Shown piece after piece: positions 22,929 to 35,377 of a stretch of DNA of 64,000 bases (positions are counted from its first letter, which is position 1; each line of letters begins with the position of its first letter). Origin of the DNA: Heptranchias perlo (Eukaryota); the NCBI RefSeq assembly GCF_035084215.1, contig NW_027139969.1, positions 1-64,000 on the forward strand, in the 5' to 3' direction. A model generated the notes under the pieces. That model made no database searches. It had not been told where the DNA came from and saw only the letters and a list, made by a program, of their open reading frames with translations. The position numbers were made by a program, and so were the translations under genes.

Positions 22929-24475
22929 ATTAATGCCGGCCTCGCCAGCGACCGGCAGGGGGGCAATTAATGCCGGCCTCGCCAGCGACCGGCAGGGGGG
23001 GCAATTAATGCCGGCCTCGCCAGCGACCGGCAGGGGGGGCAATTAATGCCGGCCTCGCCAGCGACCGGCAGGGGGGGCAATTAATGCCGGCCTCGCCAGC
23101 GACCGGCAGGGGGGGCAATTAATGCCGGCCTCGCCAGCGACCGGCAGGGGGGGCAATTAATGCCGGCCTCGCCAGCGACCGGCAGGGGGGGGCAATTAAT
23201 GCCGGCCTCGCCAGCGACCGGCAGGGGGGGCAATTAATGCCGGCCTCGCCAGCGACCGGCAGGGGGGGCAATTAATGCCGGCCTCGCCAGCGACCGGCAG
23301 GGGGGGCAATTAATGCCGGCCTCGCCAGCGACCGGCAGGGGGGGCAATTAATGCCGGCCTCGCCAGCGACCGGCAGGGGGGGCAATTAATGCCGGCCTCG
23401 CCAGCGACCGGCAGGGGGGGCAATTAATGCCGGCCTCGCCAGCGACCGGCAGGGGGGGCAATTAATGCCGGCCTCGCCAGCGACCGGCAGGGGGGGCAAT
23501 TAATGCCGGCCTCGCCAGCGACCGGCAGGGGGGGCAATTAATGCCGGCCTCGCCAGCGACCGGCAGGGGGGGCAATTAATGCCGGCCTCGCCAGCGACCG
23601 GCAGGGGGGGCAATTAATGCCGGCCTCGCCAGCGACCGGCAGGGGGGGCAATTAATGCCGGCCTCGCCAGCGACCGGCAGGGGGGGCAATTAATGCCGGC
23701 CTCGCCAGCGACCGGCAGGGGGGGCAATTAATGCCGGCCTCGCCAGCGACCGGCAGGGGGGGCAATTAATGCCGGCCTCGCCAGCGACCGGCAGGGGGGG
23801 CAATTAATGCCGGCCTCGCCAGCGACCGGCAGGGGGGGCAATTAATGCCGGCCTCGCCAGCGACCGGCAGGGGGGGGCAATTAATGCCGGCCTCGCCAGC
23901 GACCGGCAGGGGGGGCAATTAATGCCGGCCTCGCCAGCGACCGGCAGGGGGGGCAATTAATGCCGGCCTCGCCAGCGACCGGCAGGGGGGGCAATTAATG
24001 CCGGCCTCGCCAGCGACCGGCAGGGGGGGCAATTAATGCCGGCCTCGCCAGCGACCGGCAGGGGGGGGGCAATTAATGCCGGCCTCGCCAGCGACCGGCA
24101 GGGGGGGCAATTAATGCCGGCCTCGCCAGCGACCGGCAGGGGGGGCAATTAATGCCGGCCTCGCCAGCGACCGGCAGGGGGGGCAATTAATGCCGGCCTC
24201 GCCAGCGACCGGCAGGGGGGGCAATTAATGCCGGCCTCGCCAGCGACCGGCAGGGGGGGCAATTAATGCCGGCCTCGCCAGCGACCGGCAGGGGGGGCAA
24301 TTAATGCCGGCCTCGCCAGCGACCGGCAGGGGGGGCAATTAATGCCGGCCTCGCCAGCGACCGGCAGGGGGGCAATTAATGCCGGCCTCGCCAGCGACCG
24401 GCAGGGGGGGCAATTAATGCCGGCCTCGCCAGCGACCGGCAGGGGGGGCAATTAATGCCGGCCTCGCCAGCGACG
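22926..24475 (+). repeat. 38-bp minisatellite derived from the LINE 3' tail
   Basis: GCAATTAATGCCGGCCTCGCCAGCGACCGGCAGGGGGG, about 40 copies. Confidence 0.95.
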
Positions 24476-24740
24476 CCCAGATCTATGGATCCACAGTTGT
24501 ATAAACAGCACATTTCTGGGTCACCTTTAACATCCCAATGCCCTTCACAGGGGGGAGGGAAAGGAACGGAGGGGCCGAGCCAGAGGAGGAAGGTTAAGAG
24601 GAGTTCGAGATGGTCGGGTTATAAAAAGGGAGAGAGAAACGGAGAGGCGGAAGTGACCCGGGCAGGGGGGGGGGGGGGTGGGGGATATAAAGTGTCTCCC
24701 CCACCCCACCGACGACGGTCCTTGTAAGAGTAAAACTCAC

Positions 24741-24911
24741 GAGCAGCTCTTCCTGCTCCTCCCGGTTCCCGGCCAGTCCGTAGGTCGGGATCTCTCCGAG
24801 GGTCCGACAGAACTCTGATGTGGCATTGAAGACGATCACTCCTTTCCTCTCCAGGTCGTCCTCATCCTCGTCCTTACGGTCTGACCTCAGCTTCTTCACG
24901 ATATCAATAAC
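24741..24911 (-). CDS. SART1: SART1 exon 13
   Basis: [57 protein letters not shown]|gtgagt. Confidence 0.96.
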
Positions 24912-25321
24912 CTGGATATTTGGGAGGGAGGGAGGGGAGGGGAGGAGGAAGAACATTTCTTTGTTAATATATGCCACCAATCTCAGGAGCTGCGTTACTG
25001 CAGTGGGAACACAGATCAGAAACTGCCCCAATTTGCCGATGAGAACCTGCCCCTCAGTGTCAGATCACTACTCGAGGAAGTGGGGAGCGGTACACTCGGT
25101 ACGGGGATTAAATCTTTGACCTCAAAGCTCCCTTAGTTGCTCAGTGGGTAAAAGCACCACCCAGTGGGCACTGAAGCAAACCAGGTGCATAGATAGGGCC
25201 AGTTATAACAATATCCCGTAATAGGTCCACTCAAGGACAATAACCTAAATCGAGGCCTCCCTCCCCCCCCCACCCCAGGAGTGGGTGCAGCTCCTTTTTG
25301 AAGGGGTTAACTCCGCCTCAC

Positions 25322-25443
25322 CTTGTCGGACGACTGCCTGTGGGTCTGGCGCAGCCGCCGTTGTTTCTCCAGCTGTTTCTGTAGCTCGATCTCGGCCTCG
25401 TCCTCCTCGATGGCCGCTGGAGAATCAGGAGCTCCCACTTCAT
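25322..25443 (-). CDS. SART1: SART1 exon 12
   Basis: (D)EVGAPDSPAAIEEDEAEIELQKQLEKQRRLRQTHRQSSDK|gtgagg. Confidence 0.92.
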
Positions 25444-25684
25444 CTGAATGGAGACACAGTGCAGGCCGATCACACCCGGCACCTCTCTCCCACACTAAAC
25501 TAAAATACAAGCCGGTCCCTCCTCTGCACCGCAAAGGGCTCCAACGTCCCAGGGATGCACCCCACAAAACACACGAGGGGAGCTGACATTAACCCCCCGC
25601 CCTACGCACATAGAAACACCGACTCCCCCCGCGCCCCCCAACAAAATGTTCCATCTCTCCACCCTTCCTCCTGAAGTCCTGTCG

Positions 25685-25900
25685 TGACTCAGTGGGTCTC
25701 TCTCTCTCTCTCTCGCCTCCGAGTCAGAAGGTCGTGGGTTCGAGCCCCCACTCCAGAGACGTGAGCCCCATAATCCAGGCCGACACTCCCCGGTGCAGTG
25801 CTGAGAGAGTGCAGCACTGTCGGAGGTGCCGTCTTTCGGATGAGACGTTAAACAGAGGGCCCCGCCTGCCCTTTCGGGCGGACGTTAAAGATCCCACATC
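25685..25900 (+). mobile_element. DeuSINE 5' half
   Basis: tRNA-like head plus Deu domain. Confidence 0.75.
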
Positions 25901-26039
25901 CACAGCTTGGGCAGCATCGAATGGGAATGGGATCTGGGACCTTTCAGTCAGGCTCTGGAGCACACACGGGCAGGAAAGGGACAGGATCTAAACTCTGATC
26001 TACTCACCAACAGCCTGTTACTCAAGCACTGCAAATACA

Positions 26040-26635
26040 ACAACCACCTGCATTTATATAGCGCCTTTAACGTAGTAAAACGTCCCGAAGCGCTTCACAG
26101 GAGCGATTATCAAACAAAAATTTGAGACCGAGCCACATAAGGAGATATTAGGACAGGTGACCAAAAGCTTGGTCAAAGAGGGAGGTTTTAAGGAGCGTCT
26201 TAAAGGAGGAGGGAGAGACGGAGAGGTTTAGGGAGGGAATTCCAGAGCTTAGGGCCCAGGCAGCTGAAGGCACGGCCGCCAATGGTGGAGCGATGGAAAT
26301 CGGGGGATGGGCAAGAGGCCAGAATTGGAGGAGCGCAGAGATCTCGGAGGGTTGTAGGGCTGGAGGAGGTTACAGAGATAGGGAGGGGGGCGAGGGCCAG
26401 GGAGGGATTTGAACACGAGGATGAGAATTTTAAAATCGAAACCGGACAGGGAGTCAATGGAGGTCAGCGAGCACGGGGTGACGGGTGAACGGGGCTCGGT
26501 GCGAGTTAGGATACGGGCAGCAGAGTTTTGGATGCGCTGAAGTTTACAGAGGGTGGAAGATGGGAGGCCGGCCAAGAGAGGGTTGGAATAGTCGAGTCTG
26601 GAGGTGACAGAGGCTCGGATGAGGGTTTCAGCAGT
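26040..26635 (-). mobile_element. L2 LINE 3' fragment
   Basis: ETLIRASVTSRLDYSNPLLAGLP, LQRIQNSAARILT, IGGRAFSCLGPKLWNSLP. Confidence 0.88.
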
Positions 26636-26696
26636 GAAATCCAAGGTTATGGAAGTGAGGGGCACCCCCACACATGCCAACCCTAATCACACATAC

Positions 26697-26830
26697 CATC
26701 ACTGATGTCCATGCTTTCCACACGTATGTCATCAGACACGGACTGGACCTCTGGTGCAGGATTCTCTGCTTCTTCCGTGTTGTCCTCTGCTTCTGGTTTG
26801 GAATCAAACCTCCAGCCTCGCCCACGAGAC
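26697..26830 (-). CDS. SART1: SART1 exon 11
   Basis: SRGRGWRFDSKPEAEDNTEEAENPAPEVQSVSDDIRVESMDISD|gtatgt; phases consistent. Confidence 0.9.
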
Positions 26831-26867
26831 CTGTCAAGGTGACATCAGAATAAACACCTCACGCAGC

Positions 26868-28505
26868 GAGGGATACGGGGGGAGGTGGGGGATACGGGGG
26901 GAGGGTGGGGAGGTGGGGGATACGGGGAGAGGGTGGGGAGGTGGGGGATACGGGGAGAGGGTGGGGAGGTGGGGGATACGGGGAGAGGGTGGGGGAGTGA
27001 GGGATACGGGGAGAGGGTGGGGGAGTGAGGGATACGGGGAGAGGGTGGGGGAGTGAGGGATACGGGGAGAGGGTGGGGGAGTGAGGGATACGGGGAGAGG
27101 GTGGGGGAGGTGGAGGATACGGGGAGAGGGTGGGGAGGTGGAGGATACGGGGAGAGGGTGGGGGAGGTGGAGGATACGGGGAGAGGGTGGGGAGGTGGAG
27201 GATACGGGGAGAGGGTGGGGAGGTGGAGGATACGGGGAGAGGGTGGGGAGGTGGAGGATACGGGGAGAGGGTGGGGAGGTGGAGGATACGGGGAGAGGGT
27301 GGGGAGGTGGAGGATACGGGGAGAGGGTGGGGAGGTGGAGGATACGGGGAGAGGGTGGGGAGGTGGAGGATACGGGGAGAGGGTGGGGAGGTGGAGGATA
27401 CGGGGAGAGGGTGGGGAGGTGGAGGATACGGGGAGAGGGTGGGGAGGTGGAGGATACGGGGAGAGGGTGGGGAGGTGGAGGATACGGGGAGAGGGTGGGG
27501 AGGTGGAGGATACGGGGAGAGGGTGGGGAGGTGGAGGATACGGGGAGAGGGTGGGGAGGTGGAGGATACGGGGAGAGGGTGGGGAGGTGGAGGATACGGG
27601 GAGAGGGTGGGGAGGTGGAGGATACGGGGAGAGGGTGGGGAGGTGGAGGATACGGGGAGAGGGTGGGGAGGTGGAGGATACGGGGAGAGGGTGGGGAGGT
27701 GGAGGATACGGGGAGAGGGTGGGGAGGTGGAGGATACGGGGAGAGGGTGGGGAGGTGGAGGATACGGGGAGAGGGTGGGGAGGTGGAGGATACGGGGAGA
27801 GGGTGGGGAGGTGGAGGATACGGGGAGAGGGTGGGGAGGTGGAGGATACGGGGAGAGGGTGGGGAGGTGGAGGATACGGGGAGAGGGTGGGGAGGTGGAG
27901 GATACGGGGAGAGGGTGGGGAGGTGGAGGATACGGGGAGAGGGTGGGGAGGTGGAGGATACGGGGAGAGGGTGGGGAGGTGGAGGATACGGGGAGAGGGT
28001 GGGGAGGTGGAGGATACGGGGAGAGGGTGGGGAGGTGGAGGATACGGGGAGAGGGTGGGGAGGTGGAGGATACGGGGAGAGGGTGGGGAGGTGGAGGATA
28101 CGGGGAGAGGGTGGGGAGGTGGAGGATACGGGGAGAGGGTGGGGAGGTGGAGGATACGGGGAGAGGGTGGGGAGGTGGAGGATACGGGGAGAGGGTGGGG
28201 AGGTGGAGGATACGGGGAGAGGGTGGGGAGGTGGAGGATACGGGGAGAGGGTGGGGAGGTGGAGGATACGGGGAGAGGGTGGGGAGGTGGAGGATACGGG
28301 GAGAGGGTGGGGAGGTGGAGGATACGGGGAGAGGGTGGGGAGGTGGAGGATACGGGGAGAGGGTGGGGAGGTGGAGGATACGGGGAGAGGGTGGGGAGGT
28401 GGAGGATACGGGGAGAGGGTGGGGAGGTGGAGGATACGGGGAGAGGGTGGGGAGGTGGAGGATACGGGGAGAGGGTGGGGAGGTGGGAGTGAGGGTGGGG
28501 AGGTG
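26868..28505. repeat. 28-bp G-rich minisatellite, SART1 intron 10
   Basis: GGATACGGGGAGAGGGTGGGGAGGTGGA, about 58 highly homogeneous copies. Confidence 0.95.
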
Positions 28506-28584
28506 GGAGCAGCATTCACTCTGTAATAAAGATGATAAACCAGGGACAGCTGCTCTGCTCGGACATTAAGCCGGTCGAACCCAC

Positions 28585-28703
28585 CTGGACCCGTAGTCGG
28601 TGACAGTACTCTCATGTCCGTGGGCGAGGAGGTCGTCTGCTTTCATTCCCGTTTCCTTCTTTCGAATTTTCTTCACTCTCCTCTTTGTTTTCTTAAATGT
28701 GAC
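28585..28703 (-). CDS. SART1: SART1 exon 10
   Basis: VTFKKTKRRVKKIRKKETGMKADDLLAHGHESTVTDYGSR|gtgggt. Confidence 0.94.
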
Positions 28704-28812
28704 CTGAGGGGGGAAAGAGAGAAAGATATTACCAGATAGAAACCGCTCCCCCCCTGGGTGTGGGGGGGCCAGAGAGGAGGGCAGAGCAGGACGACCGCAG
28801 CGAGCTCCTCAC

Positions 28813-29019
28813 CATCTCATCCTCCGTGTAGAACTCCGAAGCCACCTTCATCTGCGGTGTGACCAGGGTCTGAGCCTGGCTCCTCAGTGTCTCCCGGATT
28901 TGCTGCAGTTCCCTCTCCCGCGACCCGTCTGCCGTCCCGCCCGCCTCCAGTCGGAAGGACTTCTTCTTCTCTCCGTCAATCTCCTCGTCGTACTTGGACA
29001 GGATGGATTTCGTTTTGAG
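28813..29019 (-). CDS. SART1: SART1 exon 9
   Basis: LKTKSILSKYDEEIDGEKKKSFRLEAGG...VASEFYTEDEM|gtgagg. Confidence 0.96.
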
Positions 29020-29039
29020 CTGGAACAAAAAAGAAATCA

Positions 29040-29335
29040 GAATCTTCACAGCCTTTCGGCCCATCGTGCCTGTGCCGGCTCTTTGAAAGAACTATCCAAT
29101 TAATCCCCACCCCTGCACTCTCCTATTTAAGTATTTATTCCCTTTTGAAAGTTATTATTGAATCTGCTTCCACCGCCCTTTCAGGCAGTGAATTCCAGAT
29201 CAGAACAACTCGCTGCGTAAAAAACATTCTCCTCATCTCCCCCCTCTGGTTCTTTTGCCAATTATCTTAAATCTGTGTCCTCTGGTTACCGACCCTCCTC
29301 CCACTGGAAACAGTTGATATTTACTCTATTAAAAC
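29040..29335 (-). mobile_element. CR1 3' fragment
   Basis: Homologous to 20805-21245. Confidence 0.78.
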
Positions 29336-29588
29336 CCTGGTTGATTTCCCCCCTCTCCCTAACCCAGGGGTCATTGGGCAGTGATCAGGAGCAGGAACCC
29401 TGGCTGATTCCCCACTGCCCTAACAGCAGAGACCGGCTCAGAACGCAGACCCCTTTGTGCCTGTCTGACGAGGACTTCGCCCCCTGGGCGGCGGGCAGCT
29501 TTCGATCCCGTTGTACGAGGAGCAGTCTGGCACAGTCCCGAGCGAGCGGGACCAGGGTCGCAGCTGCAGGGGCACGTTCGGGACTTAC

Positions 29589-29728
29589 AAGAGCCATGTC
29601 GTCAACACTCTCCTCCTCGTAGGGCTTGTAGTCTGGCTTCTTCTTCTTCAGTTCCACATTCTTGTCCGCCCTCTCCTTGTCCAGGATGTTGACGTTGACC
29701 AGGACATCGTCCGCCTCGTCCAGTACCC
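29589..29728 (-). CDS. SART1: SART1 exon 8
   Basis: (G)VLDEADDVLVNVNILDKERADKNVELKKKKPDYKPYEEESVDDMAL|gtaagt. Confidence 0.96.
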
Positions 29729-30343
29729 CTGAGAGAGAAACAGGGCGTGAGGCGCAGGGTTCTGTGGCACACAGCACCATCTCCAGTCCAGCCCCATCGG
29801 GTCTGTGCTCTCCCCTTGTTCCCGTTCCCCTGCCCTTCCCACCCCCCCCCCCCAAGCTTTTAAATTATTTTTCAAAAAATTCTCCGGCCCTCTCCCCTAA
29901 TTCTTCTGGTGATGATTTTAAACATAAACCCTCTAGTTACAAACTCACCGGTGAAATTTAAAAAAAAACGTATCAAAACCCCTCATAATGGCTCAAAAGC
30001 CCAGCAGTCTGATCACAGGCATTTCATAGCAACAGGAGGAGGCCATTCGGCCCCTCGAACTCATTCCGCCATTCAATCAGATCATAGCTGATCTGTATCT
30101 TAACTACTTGGTTCTGTAACCCTTAACACCCTTGCCGAACAAAAATCCATCAATCTCAGTTTTTAAGTTTTCCAATTGACCCCCAGTCTCAACAGCTTTT
30201 GGAGGGGGGGGGGGAAAAAAGAGTTCCAGATTTCCACTCCCCCTTTGTGTGAAGAAGTGCTTCCTGACATCGCCCCTGAACGGCCTGGCTCGAATTTTAA
30301 GCTTTTAATTTTAATTTCCTTGCTGTCCACCTCCGTCCCTTAC

Positions 30344-30443
30344 CTTTGTCTTTCAGCGTCAGTACGACGGCCTCTCCTTCCTTGAAAGCTTCAAATTCAT
30401 GCAGGACCGTCATTCCCTTCAGATCCCGAGACGTGTAGGCAGA
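30344..30443 (-). CDS. SART1: SART1 exon 7
   Basis: SAYTSRDLKGMTVLHEFEAFKEGEAVVLTLKDKG|gtaagg. Confidence 0.95.
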
Positions 30444-30611
30444 CTGAGAGAGAGAGAGAGAGAGAGAGAAGGAACCCATTACTATCACTCACCCCTCTCT
30501 ACCATTAGTGTAAGCCCTTTTATACAGGGGCTGCTTTCCTTCCAAGCCAGGTGTCCATGGACTTGCAAAGAACGTACAGCACAGAAACAGGCCATTCGGC
30601 CCATCTGGTCT

Positions 30612-30975
30612 ATTTTTTTTTATTCGTTCATGGGATGTGGGCATCACTGGCATTTATTACCCATCCCTAATTGCCCTTGAGAAGGTGGTGGTGAGCCGCC
30701 TTCTTGAACCGCTGCAGTCCGTGTGGTGAAGGTTCTCCCACAGTGTTGCGAGGAAGGGAGTTCCAGGATTTTGACCCAGCGACGATGAAGGAACGGCCGA
30801 TATATTTCCAAGTCGGGATGGTGTGTGACTTGGAGGGGAACGTGCAGGTGATGTTCCCATGTGCCTGCTGCCATTGTCCTTCTAGGTGGTAGAGGTCGCG
30901 GGTTTGGGAGGTGCTGTCGAAGAAGCCTTGGCGAGTTGCTGCAGTGCATCCTGTGGATGGTACACACTGCAGCAA
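30612..30975 (-). mobile_element. LINE 3' fragment (second family) inside a CR1 tail (about 30575-31145)
   Basis: VAAVCTIHRMHCSNSPRLLRQHLPNPRPLPPRR plus tail and poly(A). Confidence 0.82.
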
Positions 30976-31184
30976 CCCACCAGTGTTTATGCTCCACAAG
31001 AGCCTCCTTCCTCCCTACTTCATCTCACCCTATCAGCATATCCTTCTATTCCTTTCTCCCTCATGTGTTTATCGAGCTTCCCCTTTAAATCCATCTGCAC
31101 TATTTGCCTCAACTACTCCTTGTGTTAGTGAGTTCCACATTCTCATTCTGCCGGCAGAAATATAGACGATAAAAAACAAGGAGG

Positions 31185-31517
31185 ATACAGTGGTGTAGTG
31201 GTTATGTTACTAGACTTGTAACCCAGAGGCCTGGGCCAGCAAAACAGAGCACGCGAGTTCAAATCCCACCGTGAGTTTCAATTCAGATTTTTAAAAAGCT
31301 GGTACCTGCAAAAGTAACCACGAAGCTGTCGATTGTCATAAAAACCCAACGTCCTTTAGGGAAGGAAACCTGCCGTCCTTACCCGGTCTGGGCTCCAGTC
31401 CCCACAACATGGCTGACCCTTAATTGCCCTCTGAAGTGGCCCCTCAAGACACTCAGTTACATCACCATCTTCTCAGGGCAATTAGGGATGGGCAATAAAT
31501 GCCGGCCTTACCAGCAA
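31185..31517 (+). mobile_element. tRNA-derived SINE sharing the second LINE family's 3' tail
   Basis: A box GGTGTAGTGG, B box GAGTTCAAATCCC, body GGAAGGAAACCTGCCGTCCTTACC, tail GGGCAATTAGGGATGGGCAATAAATGCCGGCC; a degenerate minus copy lies at about 9330-9570. Confidence 0.75.
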
Positions 31518-31782
31518 ATAATAATTTATTTTTTAAAAACTGATGTAGTTTCAGCATCGGAATAAGGGTGGGATTTAGTGTAAGTGCAGGGTGTGGACAC
31601 AGGAATATCTGGAATCCTAACTAAACAAATACTTTAATTAATCCCTTAAAACTCCCAATGAGAGTCTGTATCCACCAGTGTTATACCCTCGTCAACACCT
31701 CCAAATACTCCCTCTACAGAAGAAGGAATTTCAGAGTGTGCCACTGGGAGGCTTCCCAGGCAGGTGGGCAGCCACTGGAACC

Positions 31783-32167
31783 CCTCCGTACACTGCCACA
31801 AACACTCCCAGGGCAAGTACAGGGTTAGATACAGAGTAAAGCTCCCTCTACACTGTCCCATCAAACACTCCCAGGGCAGGTACAGGGTTAGATACAGAGT
31901 AAAGCTCCCTCTACACTGTCCCATCAAACACTCCCAGGGCAGGTACAGGGTTAGATACAGAGTAAAGCTCCCTCTACACTGTCCCGTCAAACACTCCCAG
32001 GGCAGGTACAGGGTTAGATACAGAGTAAAGCTCCCTCTACACTGTCCCATCAAACACTCCCAGGGCAGGTACAGGGTTAGATACAGAGTAAAGCTCCCTC
32101 TACACTGTCCCGTCAAACACTCCCAGGGCAGGTACAGGGTTAGATACAGAGTAAAACTCCCTCCACA
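31783..32167 (+). repeat. 62-bp minisatellite family array
   Basis: Same unit as 21779-22614, about 6 copies. Confidence 0.92.
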
Positions 32168-32273
32168 ACTTCTGCTCCCCCAGAGTTCATGCCCCTGTTT
32201 ATGGTGTTTGTCGAGCGATGCTGATCCAGGCCCACTGCCAACCCTCAGACCGCCCCAGACTCCGAGATCCCAC

Positions 32274-32351
32274 CTGTTTCTTGGTCCGTAATTCCTCTTC
32301 AATCAGATTGCTGACACCAAACTCTTCGTCCATTTCCTCGAGAAGTTTTGC
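32274..32351 (-). CDS. SART1: SART1 exon 6
   Basis: AKLLEEMDEEFGVSNLIEEELRTKKQ|gtggga. Confidence 0.94.
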
Positions 32352-32646
32352 CTGGAAAGAAACATGCAGAGATCACAACCGCTCGGTGCAAAAGAATTTG
32401 AGAAAACTTGTTCCATTCCATTAAAGGCACTGCAAATAATTGCACTATTCAGTGCCTCGGGTGGTACCGAGCCCCCCACACAGAGCAGGAAAGGGCTCAG
32501 GCCCCATCCCCTTGGCCAAGGTGCCTCTGGGCCCCACACCCCAGCTAAATGTCAGCATCTTCACGAAGGGGGGGTGGGGGCAAACTCCCGAGAAATGCGG
32601 GTGGCGTGAAGGAGGTTGAAGCCTGCTGCCCATCGCCAACACTCAC

Positions 32647-32752
32647 CCTCTTCTCTGCCATCTCCTTCTCCTTCTGCAGTTTCCTGCTCTTCTCCACCCA
32701 GGCCACGGCATCATCCAGCCAGGCGTCATCGTCTCCGAGAGATTTCACTTTC
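32647..32752 (-). CDS. SART1: SART1 exon 5
   Basis: KVKSLGDDDAWLDDAVAWVEKSRKLQKEKEMAEKR|gtgagt. Confidence 0.95.
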
Positions 32753-32759
32753 CTGCACG

Positions 32760-32796
<37 letters not shown>

Positions 32797-32990
32797 TCAC
32801 ACATCGTAACTTGGCTGCGAGACAGAACCAGCCCGACAGTTATCCCTAGACCGATGGCCATGCAGAACCCAACGGCCAGTTCAGAGGTCACAGCGCTGTC
32901 ATATTGGGGCTAAAGGAAATAAAACGTCCAACACAACATACTCCACTGTCCTGATCCTTCCAATCCAGTCCCGCTGATTGCTTCAACCCC

Positions 32991-34026
32991 ACAGTGACAG
33001 ACCTGTCCCCACCAGTACTGTACCCCAGCATTATACAGTGACAGACCTGTCCCCACCAGTAATGAACCCCCGTGTTATACAGTGACAGACCTGTCCCCAC
33101 CAGTACTGTACCCCCGTGTTATACAGTGACAGACCTGTCCCCACCAGTACTGTACCCCCGTGTTATACAGTGACAGACCTGTCCCCACCAGTACTGTACC
33201 CCCGTGTTATACAGTGACAGACCTGTCCCCACCAGTACTGTACCCCAGTGTTATACAGGGACAGACCTGTCCCCACCAGTACTGTACCCCAGTGTTATAC
33301 AGGGACAGACCTGTCCCCACCAGTACTGTTCCCCAGCGTTATACAGGGACAGACCTGTCCCCACCAGTACTGTACCCCAGTGTTATACAGTGACAGACCC
33401 GTCCCCACCAGTACTGTACCCCCGTGTTATACAGTGACAGACCTGTCCCCACCAGTACTGTACCCCCGTGTTATACAGTGACAGACCTGTCCCCACCAGT
33501 ACTGTACCCCAGTGTTATACAGGGACAGACCTGTCCCACCAGTACTGTACCCCAGTGTTATACAGGGACAGACCTGTCCCCACCAGTACTGTACCCCAGC
33601 GTTATACAGTGACAGACCTGTCCCCACCAGTACTGTACCCCAGTGTTATACAGGGACAGACCTGTCCCCACCAGTACTGTACCCCAGTGTTATACAGTGA
33701 CAGACCTGTCCCCACCAGTACTGTACCCCCGTGTTATACAGTGACAGACCTGTCCCCACCAGTACTGTACCCCAGTGTTATACAGTGACAGACCTGTCCC
33801 CACCAGTACTGTACCCCAGTGTTATACAGTGACAGACCTGTCCCCACCAGTACTGTACCCCCGTGTTATACAGGGACAGACCTGTCCCCCACCAGTACTG
33901 TACCCCAGTGTTATACAGTGACAGACCTGTCCCCACCAGTACTGTACCCCAGTGTTATACAGCGACAGACCTGTCCCCACCAGTGCTGTACCCCCGTGTT
34001 ATACAGGGACAGACCTGTCCCCACCA
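32991..34026. repeat. 44-bp minisatellite
   Basis: ACAGTGACAGACCTGTCCCCACCAGTACTGTACCCCAGTGTTAT, about 23 copies. Confidence 0.95.
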
Positions 34027-34476
34027 ATCACAAAATATTGAAGGGTGTGGGGTAAAGAGCGGGGAAGCAGGATTACAGCACACAGTGCCCGTGGGGAGCT
34101 CGCACTGGCACAGGCAGCACGAACCCAACAGCCGCCTTCCCCTTTTTGAGCTGAAATTGCTACAATTCTATGAAATATTCTGGTATTGATAAACCTTGGG
34201 TCTCGTCATGACTGCACCAATCTGTATGCTCACTACTACCTGTCACTAGAGGTAGTGTGTACATGTTGCACCAATTTATTACGTTCACTACTACCTGTGT
34301 ACCCGTGATAGAGACATTTATTGTTCTCTCTCCCCTCTCCCTCCCCCCTCTCTCCTCTCCCCCCCCCCCCCCCCCACTCCTCCCCCCTCCCAGTGTTCTA
34401 TCGATGTTCACAGCAGCTTGCCACATCCCACCAGCACCTGGGCCCGACAGGGAATTCAAAGCCAGGTCCAACCTAC

Positions 34477-34606
34477 CCTAGTTTCTGGTTGAGGAGGCGT
34501 TTCTCCTTCAGGGCCGCGAGCTTCACCCGAATGTCCTCCTGGTGCTTTGAGGCGATGGGGTTAACGGCTGGGACCAGCACTGGGTCCTCTTTAGTCCCAG
34601 CCTCGG
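34477..34606 (-). CDS. SART1: SART1 exon 4
   Basis: EAGTKEDPVLVPAVNPIASKHQEDIRVKLAALKEKRLLNQKLG|gtaggt. Confidence 0.93.
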
Positions 34607-34657
34607 CTGTGAAAGGAGACAGAGAGATTGTCGGGTGCGGCAGCAACAGAGAAAAAA

Positions 34658-35126
34658 GGAGACTTGCATTTATGTAGCGCCTTTCACCACCTCAGGACGT
34701 CCCAAAGCGTTTTACAGCCAATGAGGTACTTTTTGAAGTGTAGTCACTGTTGTAATGTGGAGAAACGCAGCAGCCAATTTGTGCCCAGCAAGATCCCACA
34801 AACAGCAATGTGATAATGACCCAGATCTTCTGTTTTTTAGTGATGTCGGTTGAGGGATAAATATTTGTCGAGGACATCGGGGAGAACTCCCCCCTGCTCT
34901 TCCTCGAAATAGCGGCCGTAGGATCTTTTACATCCACCTGAGTGGGGCAGACGGGGCCTCGGTTTAACGTCTCATCCGAAAGACGGCACCTCCGACAGTG
35001 CGGCGCTCCCTCGGTACTGGCAGTGGGGAGTGTCGGCCTGGATTACGGGCTCAAGTCTCTGGAGCGGGGGCTCGAACCCACGACCTTCTGACTCAGAGGC
35101 AAGAGAGAGAGACCCACCGAGCCACA
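34658..35126 (-). mobile_element. DeuSINE, near full length
   Basis: Head, Deu domain and L2 tail all present. Confidence 0.85.
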
Positions 35127-35377
35127 GAAGTGTCAAATTAAACCAAAGAAAAAGACACCAAAAGCTGCCACCCCAGCCGATATTAATTTAGAAATAAAGA
35201 CACTCGTGTCATCTTAAAATAAAGAGCCATTACATCACCTCCAACTTCACCTCATTCTCTCTCAGGTTCTCAGACCCGTCAAACAACAGTCCTCCCTTGG
35301 TGTTCCCCAGAAGGATTTTAAACCCAACCTTGGTGTCTCATCATTACTCCTCCATCTATTTGGCCTTCATTCTCTTT

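Noticed and set aside
21779-24475. Regular arrays resembling CRISPR
   Set aside because: No unique spacers, no cas genes, and a eukaryotic intron context.
26834-28615. Long ORFs (479-593 aa) on both strands
   Set aside because: They are translations of the 28-bp minisatellite in a SART1 intron, which lacks stops.
31185-31270. tRNA-like sequence with A and B boxes
   Set aside because: It is the head of a SINE continuing into body and LINE-type tail; no intact cloverleaf.
34230-34300. let-7-like GAGGTAGT / CTACTACCT strings
   Set aside because: Similarity is limited to 8-9 nt, with no convincing pre-miRNA hairpin.
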